Source: an uncultured Methanosarcinales archaeon | GTDB lineage: Archaea > Nanobdellota > Nanobdellia > Woesearchaeales > JACJVV01 | Length of the DNA: 64,000 nucleotides | Direction of reading: 5' to 3' | Assembly (NCBI GenBank): GCA_964581515.1 | Contig: CAZOOV010000008.1 | Location: forward strand, 24,570-88,569 | In this document: one piece after another, positions 8,766 through 19,407 of the stretch | Layout of the letters: every line of letters starts with the position of its first letter | How positions within the stretch are numbered: position 1 is the stretch's first letter | The notes under the pieces: model-generated | Seen by the model: only the letters and a program-made list of their open reading frames with translations | Told to the model about the DNA's origin: nothing | Databases searched by the model: none | Program-made: the position numbers and the translations under genes

Positions 8766-9968
8766 CTATTCTGAAGATGGTGTTGTTTCATCTTCATTTG
8801 TTTCACGACGGATAACTTTTACAGCGTCCATCTTGAGTGTGATTGGAATAGGTACAGCAGCTTCAAGAAGTTCTACTACAACTTCTTCTTTGCCTTTGTC
8901 TATCCTTATGATCTTTGCATTTTCACGCTTGAATGGTCCAGAGATTATCTCTACAATATCGTTTTGCTGTATATTTACTTCTCTTTTTACTTGTTCAAGC
9001 ATATGTTCGATCTCACTATATTGAATCTCATTTGGTAATATTCCTCTTGCATAAGGTATTCCAAATGCTGCTTGTTCTGCATCTCCTTTGTTTTCTGCTT
9101 CAATGAAGATGTAACCACGCATTCCATGCGCTCTTATTACAGAATATACTTTGAAATTTTTCTTTTCAGCATTTGATGTTAAGAAGTCCATTACTTGATC
9201 TTCTCTGTTTGCTGTTGTTCTTAGTGCATAAATATGAGTTTTTAAACCATCTGTATCTTCTTTTTCTTCTTCTTCTTTTGGTTTTTCTTCTTCAACTGGA
9301 GCTTCTTCTTTATCGCTCTCTTTAAGCTCATCTATCAATTGTTCATTCTCATCAACATCTGAGACTTCTTCAGTTTTATCTTCTTTTGGTTTTTCTTCTA
9401 CTTCTTGTTGTGGTTCTTCAATAGGAGTTTCTTCTTTTTTCTCCTCTGGTTTAGGAATATCTTCAGAAATTTCTTCAACTGGAACTTTTTTTGTTTCTAC
9501 TTCTTCAGTTTTTTCTTCTTTCACTTCTGGTTCTTCTTCTTTTGGAAGTTCATCAGTAGTTTTTTCTTCAACAGGCTCTTCTTGTTTTATTTCTTCTTGA
9601 ACTTGTTCTTCTGTCTCAACAGGTTTCTCTTCCACTTCTTGTTGTGGTTCTTCAATAGGAGCTTCCTTTGTTTCTTCTTCAGCAGGCTTTTCTTCAACAG
9701 GTTCTTCTGATTTTGCTTCTTCTATTTTTTCTTCAGTTTCTTTTTGTTGTTCTACTTGTTCTTCTGCTCTTTTAATTTGCTGCATTTCAGGTTCATCTCC
9801 TTGAGTTTTCTCGACGTCTTTTTCTATTTCTTCATCGATTTTTTCCAGGTTTTCATCAACCTCTTTTATTTCCTTCTCTTCTTCCTTTATCTCTTCGTCA
9901 AGTTTTGAATCAGAATCTTCATTATCTTTTAAATCAACAGGTTCTTGCTCTTTTTTTTCTTCTTCCAT
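8766..9968 (-). CDS. spt5: transcription elongation factor Spt5 (NusG-like) with ~240-aa acidic low-complexity N-terminal extension
   Basis: C-terminal 150 aa carry NGN and KOW regions (THIYALRTTANREDQV...MRGYIFIEAE...GPFKRENAKIIRIDKGKEEVVVELL). N-terminus is an E/K/P repeat region with internal nucleotide repeats. Start is 22 nt from the secE stop, supporting the long form. Confidence 0.8.
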   Translation of the reverse strand: MEEEKKEQEPVDLKDNEDSDSKLDEEIKEEEKEIKEVDENLEKIDEEIEKDVEKTQGDEPEMQQIKRAEEQVEQQKETEEKIEEAKSEEPVEEKPAEEETKEAPIEEPQQEVEEKPVETEEQVQEEIKQEEPVEEKTTDELPKEEEPEVKEEKTEEVETKKVPVEEISEDIPKPEEKKEETPIEEPQQEVEEKPKEDKTEEVSDVDENEQLIDELKESDKEEAPVEEEKPKEEEEKEDTDGLKTHIYALRTTANREDQVMDFLTSNAEKKNFKVYSVIRAHGMRGYIFIEAENKGDAEQAAFGIPYARGILPNEIQYSEIEHMLEQVKREVNIQQNDIVEIISGPFKRENAKIIRIDKGKEEVVVELLEAAVPIPITLKMDAVKVIRRETNEDETTPSSE

Positions 9969-9989
9969 TTTTTATTACCTAAAATTCAT

Positions 9990-10190
9990 CTAAAAAAAAT
10001 ACTGTTTAACCATGGTGATTATAAATCCAATAAAACCTATCAGCAAAATACCAATTCCAGTCACAGTTACGACTATCTTGAATTCTTGCATTGTTGGTTT
10101 TTTGGTCACCTTAAGTACTCTTCGACATTCTTTACCGAAGTTTTTCATTCTTTTCCAAAATGATTGTTTTTCTTCTTCCATTTTAATCAT
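9990..10190 (-). CDS. secE: protein translocase subunit SecE (Sec61 gamma)
   Basis: 66 aa, basic N-terminus then a single TM (IVVTVTGIGILLIGFIGFII). Position immediately upstream of spt5-L11 matches the conserved secE-nusG-rpl11 order. Confidence 0.7.
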   Translation of the reverse strand: MIKMEEEKQSFWKRMKNFGKECRRVLKVTKKPTMQEFKIVVTVTGIGILLIGFIGFIITMVKQYFF

Positions 10191-10299
10191 TGCTTGCTCA
10201 ACTAGGCCGTTTAAGACACTAGAAGAATTATAGGTTAAGAAGTAGGGATGTCTTTTTAAAGGTTACGCTTAAATGATAGGTATTATAGCATAATATTGT

Positions 10300-10770
10300 T
10301 TATATTAGTTCATTAAATACATGTCCATGAAAATAGCTCAGTATTGTACCATATATGAATGCTTCTTGGCTAATCTGGCTTCCATCTTCCTTTTTTAGAT
10401 GGTTACCTACCCTTTTATATGCATCTTTACATGTTTCTATCATTGTTTCAATATCTGCTTTTGGAAATCCAAGTCTATCTGCATCTTCAAGAAGATCATC
10501 TTCTAATTTTGAGATATCAAGTCCATATGTTTTCCATTTTTCAAGGGATAATTTATCATCAGCAAGATATTTTATCACTGAGTCATAGCTTAAGGTATGT
10601 CCTGATTCAGTATTGTAAAGAGGAATTCTAACTTCTTCACATTCCATTATGCCTATGAATGTTGCACTTTCTTCTCTTCTATGTATCCTGCAGAAATATT
10701 TTATTTCTTTAGGGAATGTGTCTTTTGTCTTTCTTGTTTCTTTTGTTTTTTTTGTTTCTTCTTGTTTCAT
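10300..10770 (-). CDS. hypothetical protein
   Basis: 156-aa ORF with normal composition; divergent from 10879..11565. Confidence 0.45.
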   Translation of the reverse strand: MKQEETKKTKETRKTKDTFPKEIKYFCRIHRREESATFIGIMECEEVRIPLYNTESGHTLSYDSVIKYLADDKLSLEKWKTYGLDISKLEDDLLEDADRLGFPKADIETMIETCKDAYKRVGNHLKKEDGSQISQEAFIYGTILSYFHGHVFNELI

Positions 10771-10878
10771 GAACTTTTTCGAAGGTTGCGATCTGTTTAA
10801 AAGATTTTCTGATTGATTCTATTCTATATCATAATAAAAGATAATAAGGGGAAGGATTTCTTTTATGATGAGGTATAG

Positions 10879-11565
10879 ATGGCAATTAGAGATTTAATCT
10901 TTTCAAAGAAACCAGAGTATAGGACATTGTATAATGTTGATTTAGATGTAAGGCCTAATTCTTCAGGAATGCCTAAATTAGTATACAATAGGAGCGTGGT
11001 TTGTTTCAAGAATGCAGGATTATTAGGAGAAAAACATGTGCTTGAGAATGGACTTCTTGTTGATGGATTTGATCCTAAATGTGATGTGATGCAAGAGGGT
11101 AAGTTTAGGATATTTTATAGGCAGGATAATGGAGAATCTATAAGGGATATTGTACAAAGAGCAAAACTTAGGACAAGTGGGTTTAATGATGCAATGCAGG
11201 AAGTAATCAAGCATGGAGAATATGCTGTTGATGAACTTGAAAGAATTGATCCTCTTTCAACCTTACCTTGGAATACTTACATGCAGATGCCTTATATCGA
11301 ATCAATGGAGTTGGTAACTCCTGCAGGTATTCAGACAATGCACGCACATACTAAAGATGATTTGATAAGGTTTTGGAAGCCTAATAAAGAAGATGTTCGT
11401 TATGATCTTAGTACTCTTAAGTATTATTTGTTTAATCAAGCTGTTAGTGGCTGGGATAGATCCTTTATGACTTCTATACTGAATGCTGGGAAAAGAAGGA
11501 AGGCACATAATCTTTGGGAAAAATTATGGGATGATCCTGCGTCTGTAGATACTGTTGAATTCTAA
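10879..11565 (+). CDS. hypothetical protein
   Basis: 228-aa ORF, no recognisable motif. Confidence 0.45.
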   Translation: MAIRDLIFSKKPEYRTLYNVDLDVRPNSSGMPKLVYNRSVVCFKNAGLLGEKHVLENGLLVDGFDPKCDVMQEGKFRIFYRQDNGESIRDIVQRAKLRTSGFNDAMQEVIKHGEYAVDELERIDPLSTLPWNTYMQMPYIESMELVTPAGIQTMHAHTKDDLIRFWKPNKEDVRYDLSTLKYYLFNQAVSGWDRSFMTSILNAGKRRKAHNLWEKLWDDPASVDTVEF

Positions 11566-11620
11566 AATAAATAATGACTAAAAGAAATAATAATCTTCAG
11601 GGAAATATCTAATAGGTATT

Positions 11621-12808
11621 CTAGACGAATTCTATCCCTAATTCGTCAGAGATCTCTTTTTGTTTCTTATTTAGAAGAGTATTGCCTGTACCAAAAATCT
11701 GTTCAGAATTGACTCCTGTAATAATTAACATGACTCTAACAGTCTGTTCCATATCCTCATAGATCTGTGCACCCCAAATAACTCTGGCATCAGTATCTAT
11801 CTTTTCGGTTACAGCCTCGACAACTCGTCTTGCTTCGTCTAATGTCAGTGATGAGCTTCCTGAAATGTTTATGAGTGCTCCGTTTGCTTCTTTTATATCA
11901 ACATTAAGCAGTGGATTGCTTATCGCTTTTTCTACAGCTTCTAACGCCCTATTATCTGTGTCTGATTCACCAACACCAATAAGTGCAACTCCTCCATTTC
12001 CCATAACTGCTTTTATATCAGCAAAGTCAAGGTTTACAAGACCAGCTTTTGTCACTAATTCAGCAATTCCTTTGACTGCGTTTGTTAGAATCTCATCAGC
12101 TACTTTGAATGCTGTATGAATTGGCAAATCGGGTGCAAGCTCTAAGAGCTTATCATTTGGTATTACGATTAATGTATCGCACGCTTCTCCAACTTTTTCA
12201 AGACCATATACTGCATTTTCATATCTTCTGTTTCCTTCCATTGCAAAAGGCATTGTAACAATACATATTGTGAGTGCACTTGTTTTTTTTGCAATCTCTG
12301 CTATCACAGGAATTGAACCAGAACCTGTTCCTCCTCCTAGACCGCATGTAATGAATACCATGTCAGCTCCAGAGACTGCTTTTTTTATCTCTTGCTCATT
12401 TTCTTTTGCTGCTTCTTCACCTAGTTTTGGATTTGAACCAGCACCCATACCTTTTGTAGCTTCTTTTCCAATAAGGATTTTTTTATCAGCAGTCGTATAA
12501 AGTAAGTCTTGTGCGTCTGTATTAATTGCAACAGTCTCAGCTCCAGCTATACCTACTTCAGAAATCCTATCGATAGTATTGTTTCCGCCTCCTCCTGTCC
12601 CAATTACACGGATTTTAGCGCTTTGAATATTGAGGAATTCTTCTAGTTCTTCGTCAAGTTGATTTTCAACAGGAGATTTGACTCCTTCAATTTTAGAAGA
12701 CTGATGCATTTTATCATATTTTTCAGTAGGAGCGTTTGTGCTTGTAGCAGTAGAATTTTCAGGTTGGACTTGTGTCTCTCCTTTTTCTTCATCAATATAC
12801 ATATCCAT
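11621..12808 (-). CDS. ftsZ: cell division GTPase FtsZ
   Basis: IRVIGTGGGGNNTI..., tubulin signature GGGTGSGS, and the T7 loop region are present. Confidence 0.9.
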   Translation of the reverse strand: MDMYIDEEKGETQVQPENSTATSTNAPTEKYDKMHQSSKIEGVKSPVENQLDEELEEFLNIQSAKIRVIGTGGGGNNTIDRISEVGIAGAETVAINTDAQDLLYTTADKKILIGKEATKGMGAGSNPKLGEEAAKENEQEIKKAVSGADMVFITCGLGGGTGSGSIPVIAEIAKKTSALTICIVTMPFAMEGNRRYENAVYGLEKVGEACDTLIVIPNDKLLELAPDLPIHTAFKVADEILTNAVKGIAELVTKAGLVNLDFADIKAVMGNGGVALIGVGESDTDNRALEAVEKAISNPLLNVDIKEANGALINISGSSSLTLDEARRVVEAVTEKIDTDARVIWGAQIYEDMEQTVRVMLIITGVNSEQIFGTGNTLLNKKQKEISDELGIEFV

Positions 12809-13013
12809 CTTATTTACCTCTAATATCCCTCTCTCTAACTATTAGTATATCCTAAGGTATACTCATATATAAATTTGATGGTTTAATCACTAAGCAAGGG
12901 CGAATACTTATTTTCAGATATTAACTATTATGTTGAGTTGTTGTATGTGTTGTTATACATTTACTAACTTATCGTACTAAATTTAATAAAGCTATAATGA
13001 TTTTTGAAGATTT

Positions 13014-13283
13014 ATGGTTGAAACGCTTAGTTCTGGAATAAAAAAGATTGAGATGTCTTCACATTTTGATAGGTGTACGCTTAGTGATGATGAGCTTAAA
13101 GATGGTATTGAGACATTATTTAGTATTTATGATGAATCACCTGATCCTAAACATAAGATGTCAGTAGCAGGACATGCTTATACTGGAATATTAGATCTGG
13201 CAAGAATTGGTAAATTAGATCTTGCAAAATCATATATAGAAAAATTTGAAAAAAAAATAGGTTATGATCAAATTCAAGATTGA
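13014..13283 (+). CDS. small hypothetical protein
   Basis: 89-aa ORF between ftsZ and the FKBP gene. Confidence 0.3.
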   Translation: MVETLSSGIKKIEMSSHFDRCTLSDDELKDGIETLFSIYDESPDPKHKMSVAGHAYTGILDLARIGKLDLAKSYIEKFEKKIGYDQIQD

Positions 13284-13309
13284 GTCTTAGTTAATTAGTT
13301 CTGTTTATT

Positions 13310-14041
13310 TTAGTTCTCTTTAGGAGCAGGAGTCTCTTCTTTCTTCTCAGCAGGTGCTGGGGAAGTTGTTGGCGTAGCTGTTTTCTTTTCTTCTCCTTGC
13401 TTTTTGTATTCTATCTCCTTTATCTCAGGTAAGACTTCAAGAACTTTTTTCTTAAGAACATCTGTAATATCCGGAGGCATATCGAATGCAAGCTCTACAA
13501 TTGCTTTTGTTCCTTCAATTGTTACTTTTGGTTCTTCGATCTGGAGCATTGCCCCCATTAGTGTAGATACTTTCTTGACAACGTCGTCAATCTGTTTTAT
13601 GATTTTTACTTTGTATACAACATCTTTTCCTGATAGTGGATGATTAAAATCAACTAATGTTCTTCCACCGCTGACAGTCTTAATTATACCCATCTGTTCG
13701 TCGATATTGACTTGAAGTCCAGGCATAGGGTTAATATTTGCTTTTTTGAATTTTGCTGTTGAGATGAGCTGAATCTGTTTTGGATCTTTCTTTCCAAAAG
13801 CGTCTTCTGTTGCTATCTCTACAGTGTAATCTTTTCCTACTTCTTTGTCTACAAGCTGTTTGTCTAGTCCAGGGATAGTCTGACCTTGACCTATGCATAT
13901 TGTAACAGGACCGTATTTAACACCTTCATTATGGATGCCACTATCTTTTGCAGTCTTTTCGTCAGTAGTGTCGAAGATTATCTCTTCTTCTTTTGTCAGT
14001 CCAGTATATTCAATCTCGATGAAATCATTTTTCTTAAGCAT
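13310..14041 (-). CDS. FKBP-type peptidyl-prolyl cis-trans isomerase (long archaeal SlyD-like form) with K/E/P/T-rich C-terminal tail
   Basis: FKBP motifs including VDFNHPLSGK and an IF-domain-like insert. C-terminal ~40 aa low-complexity (EEKKTATPTTSPAPAEKKEETPAPKEN). Confidence 0.8.
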   Translation of the reverse strand: MLKKNDFIEIEYTGLTKEEEIIFDTTDEKTAKDSGIHNEGVKYGPVTICIGQGQTIPGLDKQLVDKEVGKDYTVEIATEDAFGKKDPKQIQLISTAKFKKANINPMPGLQVNIDEQMGIIKTVSGGRTLVDFNHPLSGKDVVYKVKIIKQIDDVVKKVSTLMGAMLQIEEPKVTIEGTKAIVELAFDMPPDITDVLKKKVLEVLPEIKEIEYKKQGEEKKTATPTTSPAPAEKKEETPAPKEN

Positions 14042-14165
14042 TGTGATTACCTCATTATTTGATGTTTTTTTTGTTTTTTTGATATCTTTTTGATATTTTG
14101 TTGTTATTTTGCGTTATGTGTGTTGAGTCGTGGTTTGTTTATAAATGTTTTTGCAAGATGATTAA

Positions 14166-15140
14166 TTATGAACTCTCGTCTATAAATCTGTATTTATATT
14201 CTTCCCATATGGTTAGTGTGCTATAATCTGAAACAATCCCTGAGAAATTGTTCATGAACTCACGCATGAGTTCTCTGAACTCTTCTATGTTTTTAACTTC
14301 TATATCTATTTCAAGTTGCCAAGGTCCTAAGCAATTGACCATATAGATAATATTTTTCTTATTGAGGCAGTATTCAATAAGCTGTTTTTCTTTTTGTTGG
14401 TTCATATTGTTTAATGTTATCAATACTTTGAAGAATATGCCTTGAAGTTTGCTGACATCAGGCCATATCATATAATGCTCTATTATATGCGCTTTCTCGA
14501 GGTTTTTTATTCTTTTAATTATTGTGTCTGCGGATATCTTTAATTTTGTTGCAATCTCTGTCGCTCTTACTCTTGAATTTTTGGAGAGTTCTTTTAGGAT
14601 TGTTATGTCAATCTTATCTAGTTTAATATCAACTGGTTTTCCACCCCATTCAATTACTCTTTCAGTGGTTGCTTTTTTGTCAATCAGATAATCTCGGTAG
14701 AAATATTGAGCTTGTACGATTGTTGTTGTGTCGCTCTCTTTGATGAATCTCCCATATTTATTGTGAATGTCCATGATTATTTTGTGCAATTCAAACATAG
14801 ATTTGGCTTTTGGAGCATAGATTAAGGAATATTTTCCATCGCATGATGAGACCCAACTTATATTTTGATTTCTTATTAATGAGTCTATCATCTCTTTTTC
14901 TTCTTCATTAGTTATATTATGTAATTTAACATAAACTTTATGATGAGTGTATCCCAATCTTGAAGTGTTTATAATTGTTAGATAATTTCTTATTATTCCT
15001 TCTTTATGATATCTTTTGAGCCTGTAGAGGATGCTCTCTCTAGAGAGAGAAACCTTCTTTGCAATCTTTGAAAGAGGTTGTCTTGCATTTCTGTCAAGTT
15101 CATACAATATTTGTCTGTCTTTTTTGTCAAGTTTAACCAT
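14166..15140 (-). CDS. Lrp/AsnC-family transcriptional regulator with two tandem HTH-RAM units
   Basis: Two HTH segments (DKKDRQILYELDRNARQPLSKIAKKVSLSRESILYRLKR and DKIDITILKELSKNSRVRATEIATKLKISADTIIKRIKNL), each followed by an RAM-like domain. Confidence 0.6.
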   Translation of the reverse strand: MVKLDKKDRQILYELDRNARQPLSKIAKKVSLSRESILYRLKRYHKEGIIRNYLTIINTSRLGYTHHKVYVKLHNITNEEEKEMIDSLIRNQNISWVSSCDGKYSLIYAPKAKSMFELHKIIMDIHNKYGRFIKESDTTTIVQAQYFYRDYLIDKKATTERVIEWGGKPVDIKLDKIDITILKELSKNSRVRATEIATKLKISADTIIKRIKNLEKAHIIEHYMIWPDVSKLQGIFFKVLITLNNMNQQKEKQLIEYCLNKKNIIYMVNCLGPWQLEIDIEVKNIEEFRELMREFMNNFSGIVSDYSTLTIWEEYKYRFIDESS

Positions 15141-15258
15141 ATTTTTACTAATATTGCTTATTTTTAATAAATTTATCGGTTTTCATTAAAAATTCATTAA
15201 ATACTTTAATATAAATAAGAGTATTATCCTTTAATATTAACTATTGGGGTGATATAAA

Positions 15259-15837
15259 ATGGATACAACACTTGAAGAAAAAACAAAACAAAGAGAGGAA
15301 CAATATGTAGAGACAGTTATGTCATGGCAGCAAATAAGAGAGTTGATGGAGGATAGTTGGAATTGGAGGATAGAAAATGATGAGCTTAAGGGCAGATGCA
15401 ATGTAGGGGGCTATGAGGATGGGATTGAATGTGAATTGAAGTATGGGAGAGATTCACATTTCGGGCTCTATCATAAAGGTGTAGAGATTGAGATAGACAG
15501 CAAAGAGGATTATGCAGAATTCCCTTCTGAGAGTACTAGGTGGTATGGCGAGATAGTAGATAGGATTCAAGCAGAATTTACAGAAGCGTATAATAAGCCA
15601 AAGAAGAAAGATATCCCTTGGTTCCTTATAGGTATAACTGCTGCTACAATTGCATTATGTAGTGTAGCTGTCTATTCAAAGATAAATCAAAGATCTGAAC
15701 AAGATCAAAAATTAGGACAGCAACCAGCATTGACAAGGATGCTTGAGGAAGGAGATGTCATAGGATATTCTGGGAACAATTATCAGATTAGAGATAATAA
15801 TGGGAGTCCAGAATTAAGGTATCATAGATTGCAGTAA
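15259..15837 (+). CDS. hypothetical single-pass membrane protein
   Basis: 192 aa with one TM (IPWFLIGITAATIALCSVAVY). Confidence 0.45.
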   Translation: MDTTLEEKTKQREEQYVETVMSWQQIRELMEDSWNWRIENDELKGRCNVGGYEDGIECELKYGRDSHFGLYHKGVEIEIDSKEDYAEFPSESTRWYGEIVDRIQAEFTEAYNKPKKKDIPWFLIGITAATIALCSVAVYSKINQRSEQDQKLGQQPALTRMLEEGDVIGYSGNNYQIRDNNGSPELRYHRLQ

Positions 15838-15866
15838 TTCAGCTATTAGCTTGTTGTTTTATTTTT

Positions 15867-16421
15867 TTATTTTATTCTCTCATTTATTTTTTTTATTGTT
15901 GTTCTTATGGCTTCTTCTATATTAAGATTTGTTGTGTCTATTATTATATCATAATTGTTCTTGTCATATGCATCGATGCTGTAAAATTTCTTATATCTTT
16001 TTTTCTCAGAATTCATCCTTCTCTGGATCCATTCTTTCATCTCATCAATATCTTTTGCTTCTCCTTCATCCCTGCCAATACCTTCTACTATATCATTGAA
16101 TATTCGCTTTGCTCCTTCATTGATGTCACAGTCTATGAACAGTTTAATTGACTTTGGAATGAAATGCCATGAGATTCTTCCTTCTATTAGGAAATTGTCT
16201 TCTTTTTCTCCTAATTCTTTCTGATAATTGTCTATATCATTATCTGTTACTGGGTTATCTTCTGCTTGTTCTTGTCCTATTGTGACATTTACACCTTTTT
16301 TCTTAGCAATATCTCTCCACATCTGACCCATATTGTAATGTTTTAGATTGAATTCTTTGATAAGGCTTGCTGCAATAGTGCTTTTACCAGAACCAGGCAT
16401 TCCTGAGATTGTTATTATCAT
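15867..16421 (-). CDS. cmk: P-loop nucleotide kinase, archaeal cytidylate-kinase-like
   Basis: Walker A at N-terminus (MIITISGMPGSGKSTIA). Size ~180 aa typical for archaeal CMP/AMP kinases. Confidence 0.55.
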   Translation of the reverse strand: MIITISGMPGSGKSTIAASLIKEFNLKHYNMGQMWRDIAKKKGVNVTIGQEQAEDNPVTDNDIDNYQKELGEKEDNFLIEGRISWHFIPKSIKLFIDCDINEGAKRIFNDIVEGIGRDEGEAKDIDEMKEWIQRRMNSEKKRYKKFYSIDAYDKNNYDIIIDTTNLNIEEAIRTTIKKINERIK

Positions 16422-16497
16422 ATATGTATGTAAATGCTACTCATTTATATTTGTTTTTAGCTTTATTAATTACTATTTCTATTAAAATCTGATTAGT

Positions 16498-17193
16498 TTG
16501 ACCACAATCTTTTTAAAAACAGGACTTTTTGGTAAATGTATGAAATGGGGGTTCATAGTTTTACTTGTACTATTAGTCTTACCTATCTGTTTTGCAGGAA
16601 GTACTCAGTTCAAAGACTTGTATGAGATTAGTAATAAATCTATAACAAGAAATGATACTATGAGGGCTTTTGAGGCCTATAGATTCAGGTTTAATGGTGC
16701 TGAAGTAAAATTAACCATTGATACTATGACACCTGAGAAAGTTTATTTTTCTATTATCAGTAATACTTATGAGGATAAGGAATTTGCATTGGAGAAATTC
16801 AGCAAGAAGTCTTTTGATCTTGATAATGATGGGCTTGTTGATTTTACATTTGGGCTTGATGAGATCATAATGTCAAATACCAAAAGAAGAATAACTACGA
16901 TGTTTTCAACAGAAGAAGCGATGGGCATTGAGACATTTGAGCTTGATGATATCCCTATTGTTGAGGATGATACTGTTGTAGAAGAAGATGTTAAACCTAA
17001 GAATATTACTACTGAGAATCTGACAGATGATTATGAATTGCTTTTGGACCAAGAAGAAGAAGTAGAGGATGACTCTAAACCAATGTCATCAATGAGTTTT
17101 AATCTTGTTATATGGCTTATTGTATTACTTATAGTGGTAGTCATTGGAGGCGCTTTCTTTTTGTTATACAAGAAGCATCATGAAATTTTATAA
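16498..17193 (+). CDS. secreted protein with acidic region and C-terminal TM anchor
   Basis: Signal-like N-terminus (start may be internal at MKWGFIVLLVLLVL), D/E-rich middle, C-terminal TM (LVIWLIVLLIVVVIGGAFFLLYKK). Confidence 0.5.
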   Translation: MTTIFLKTGLFGKCMKWGFIVLLVLLVLPICFAGSTQFKDLYEISNKSITRNDTMRAFEAYRFRFNGAEVKLTIDTMTPEKVYFSIISNTYEDKEFALEKFSKKSFDLDNDGLVDFTFGLDEIIMSNTKRRITTMFSTEEAMGIETFELDDIPIVEDDTVVEEDVKPKNITTENLTDDYELLLDQEEEVEDDSKPMSSMSFNLVIWLIVLLIVVVIGGAFFLLYKKHHEIL

Positions 17194-17360
17194 AATTATT
17201 TTATGATATTGCGCTTTAATAATACTTTTAAACAAACTTAAACTACTCAATCCAGAAAATTTGAAATAAAGGGGGAAATATTAAAATATGGCAAACCCAC
17301 GAGAAATCTTTGATTTCTGAGGGTTTCCAATCTTATATTGATTCATATAAAGGTGATAAA

Positions 17361-19004
17361 ATGGCAAACCCACAGGTACAACCGATATTTATTTTGCCAG
17401 AAGGAACTACGAAAACTTCTGGACTTAACGCTCAAAAGGTAAACATAGAAGCAGCTAAACAAGTTGCTGATCAAGTTAGATCCACTTTAGGTCCAAAAGG
17501 AATGGACAAGATGATTGTTGATTCTTTAGGAGATGTAATTGTAACAAATGATGGTGTAACAATCTTACAGGAGATGACAATAGAGCATCCTTCTGCAAAA
17601 ATGATTGTTGAAGTTGCTAAGACCCAGGAAGATGAAGTAGGAGATGGTACAACAACAGTTGTCGTTCTAGCAGGAGAATTTCTTAAGAATTCACTGGAAC
17701 TTCTTGAAAAAGGAGTGCACCCTACAGTTATAGTGAAAGGATACAGGCTAGCATCCAATAAAGCATTAGAAATACTTAATGATGTTTCTGAACCAATCAC
17801 TCTTCAAGATAAGTCAAAACTTATCAAGATAGCACAGACAGCTATGACAGGAAAAGGTGCAGAACAATCAAAAGAAATACTTTCAGAGCTTGTCGTCAAA
17901 GCAGTACTTGATGTTGCTGAGCAGGAAAGTGATAAGATCAATGTCAATATATCAAATATCAAGATTGAGAAAAAAGTAGGCGGAAGCATTGAAGATAGTG
18001 AACTTGTTGAAGGAATCATTCTTGACAAGGAAAGAGTTCATTCTGGAATGCCTAGAGCAGTTGAAAGTGCACATATAGCACTTCTTAATACTCAATTAGA
18101 GATAAAGAACACTGAAATAGATGCAAAGATACAGATAACTGATCCTTCACAGATGCAAGCGTTCCTTGACCAGGAAGAGGCTATGATTAAGAAGATGATA
18201 GATAAAGTAATAGCATCTGGAGCAAATGTAGTATTATGTCAGAAAGGAATTGATGATCTTGCACAGCATTATCTTTCAAAAGCAGGAATATTTGCTGTAA
18301 GAAGAGTAAAGCAAGGTGATATGAAAAAACTTGCTATGGCTACAGGAGCAACAATAGTGAATAATCTTGATGATCTTTCATCTGACGATCTTGGAAAAGC
18401 AGGAAAGATTGAGGAGATAAAAGTAGGAGACGAGAGCATGACTTATGTAAGGGAATGCAAAAATCCTAAATCAGTCACATTACTTGTAAGAGGCGGAACA
18501 GAACATGTAATTGATGAAGTAAAACGTGCTGTTGATGATGCAATTGGAGATCTTAGTGCGACACTTAATGTTGGGAAAATAGTCTACGGCGCTGGTTCAA
18601 TAGAAATTGAGATGTCTATGAAATTAAAGAAGTATTCAGAAAGTTTATCTGGCAGAGAACAATTAGCTGTTGAAGCATTTGCAAAAGCAATGGAAGTAAT
18701 TCCAAGGACACTTGCAGAGAATGCTGGTCTTGATCCTATCGATATAATAGCTGCACTTAAATCAGCACATGATAAAAAAGAGATTACAATGGGTATTGAT
18801 GTATTCTCTGGAAAAATTAAAGACGCTGCAAAGATGGGTGTTATTGAACCTTTGAAGATCAAGACACAAGCTGTATCTTCAGCAGCAGAAGTTGCTACTA
18901 TGATCCTTAGGATAGATGATGTTATCTCAGGTTCAACAGGTCCACCTCCAGACATGGGTCCAGAAGGAATGCCTCCTGGTGGAATGCAGATGCCTACTAT
19001 GTAA
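17361..19004 (+). CDS. ths: thermosome subunit (group II chaperonin)
   Basis: [29 protein letters not shown]..., the ATP-binding block [14 protein letters not shown], and the GGM-like C-terminal tail. Start placed at [10 protein letters not shown], preceded by AGGTGA. Confidence 0.9.
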   Translation: MANPQVQPIFILPEGTTKTSGLNAQKVNIEAAKQVADQVRSTLGPKGMDKMIVDSLGDVIVTNDGVTILQEMTIEHPSAKMIVEVAKTQEDEVGDGTTTVVVLAGEFLKNSLELLEKGVHPTVIVKGYRLASNKALEILNDVSEPITLQDKSKLIKIAQTAMTGKGAEQSKEILSELVVKAVLDVAEQESDKINVNISNIKIEKKVGGSIEDSELVEGIILDKERVHSGMPRAVESAHIALLNTQLEIKNTEIDAKIQITDPSQMQAFLDQEEAMIKKMIDKVIASGANVVLCQKGIDDLAQHYLSKAGIFAVRRVKQGDMKKLAMATGATIVNNLDDLSSDDLGKAGKIEEIKVGDESMTYVRECKNPKSVTLLVRGGTEHVIDEVKRAVDDAIGDLSATLNVGKIVYGAGSIEIEMSMKLKKYSESLSGREQLAVEAFAKAMEVIPRTLAENAGLDPIDIIAALKSAHDKKEITMGIDVFSGKIKDAAKMGVIEPLKIKTQAVSSAAEVATMILRIDDVISGSTGPPPDMGPEGMPPGGMQMPTM

Positions 19005-19013
19005 TCAAAGTAA

Positions 19014-19394
19014 ATGTCTAAGAATTTTTTTGATTCAATAAGAAGAGAATTAATTATAGCAGTAATTATTATAGTGTTGATTGTTCTGATTCTAGGTATA
19101 TTATCTTTTTTTAACCTAAATTATTATATTGAAGAGGAAATTGATAATGAAGATTCTGGTGTGATTGTTAGAACATCTGCTCCTGGGCTGATTGATCCTA
19201 ATGTAGTAATAGATATATGGGATTTTAGGACTAAAGAAGATTGTGAAGCAAATGATGGGTATTGGACTTTTGTCAATGAGAGTTATGCAGAATTCAATGT
19301 AACGGAATGGGTCTGTTTTGAATTACCAGATAATCCTTATGTGGAGATTGTGGAATATATTGATGAAGAAAATGATGAGAATAGTGAACATTGA
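19014..19394 (+). CDS. small membrane protein with acidic C-terminal half
   Basis: 126 aa, one TM then D/E-rich region. Confidence 0.4.
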   Translation: MSKNFFDSIRRELIIAVIIIVLIVLILGILSFFNLNYYIEEEIDNEDSGVIVRTSAPGLIDPNVVIDIWDFRTKEDCEANDGYWTFVNESYAEFNVTEWVCFELPDNPYVEIVEYIDEENDENSEH

Positions 19395-19407
19395 GAGAAT
19401 GAATAGC

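Noticed and set aside
9405-9710. 101-aa plus-strand ORF (F/L/W-rich)
   Set aside because: Antisense frame of the Spt5 acidic repeat region; composition is the mirror of GAA/GAG-rich coding on the other strand.
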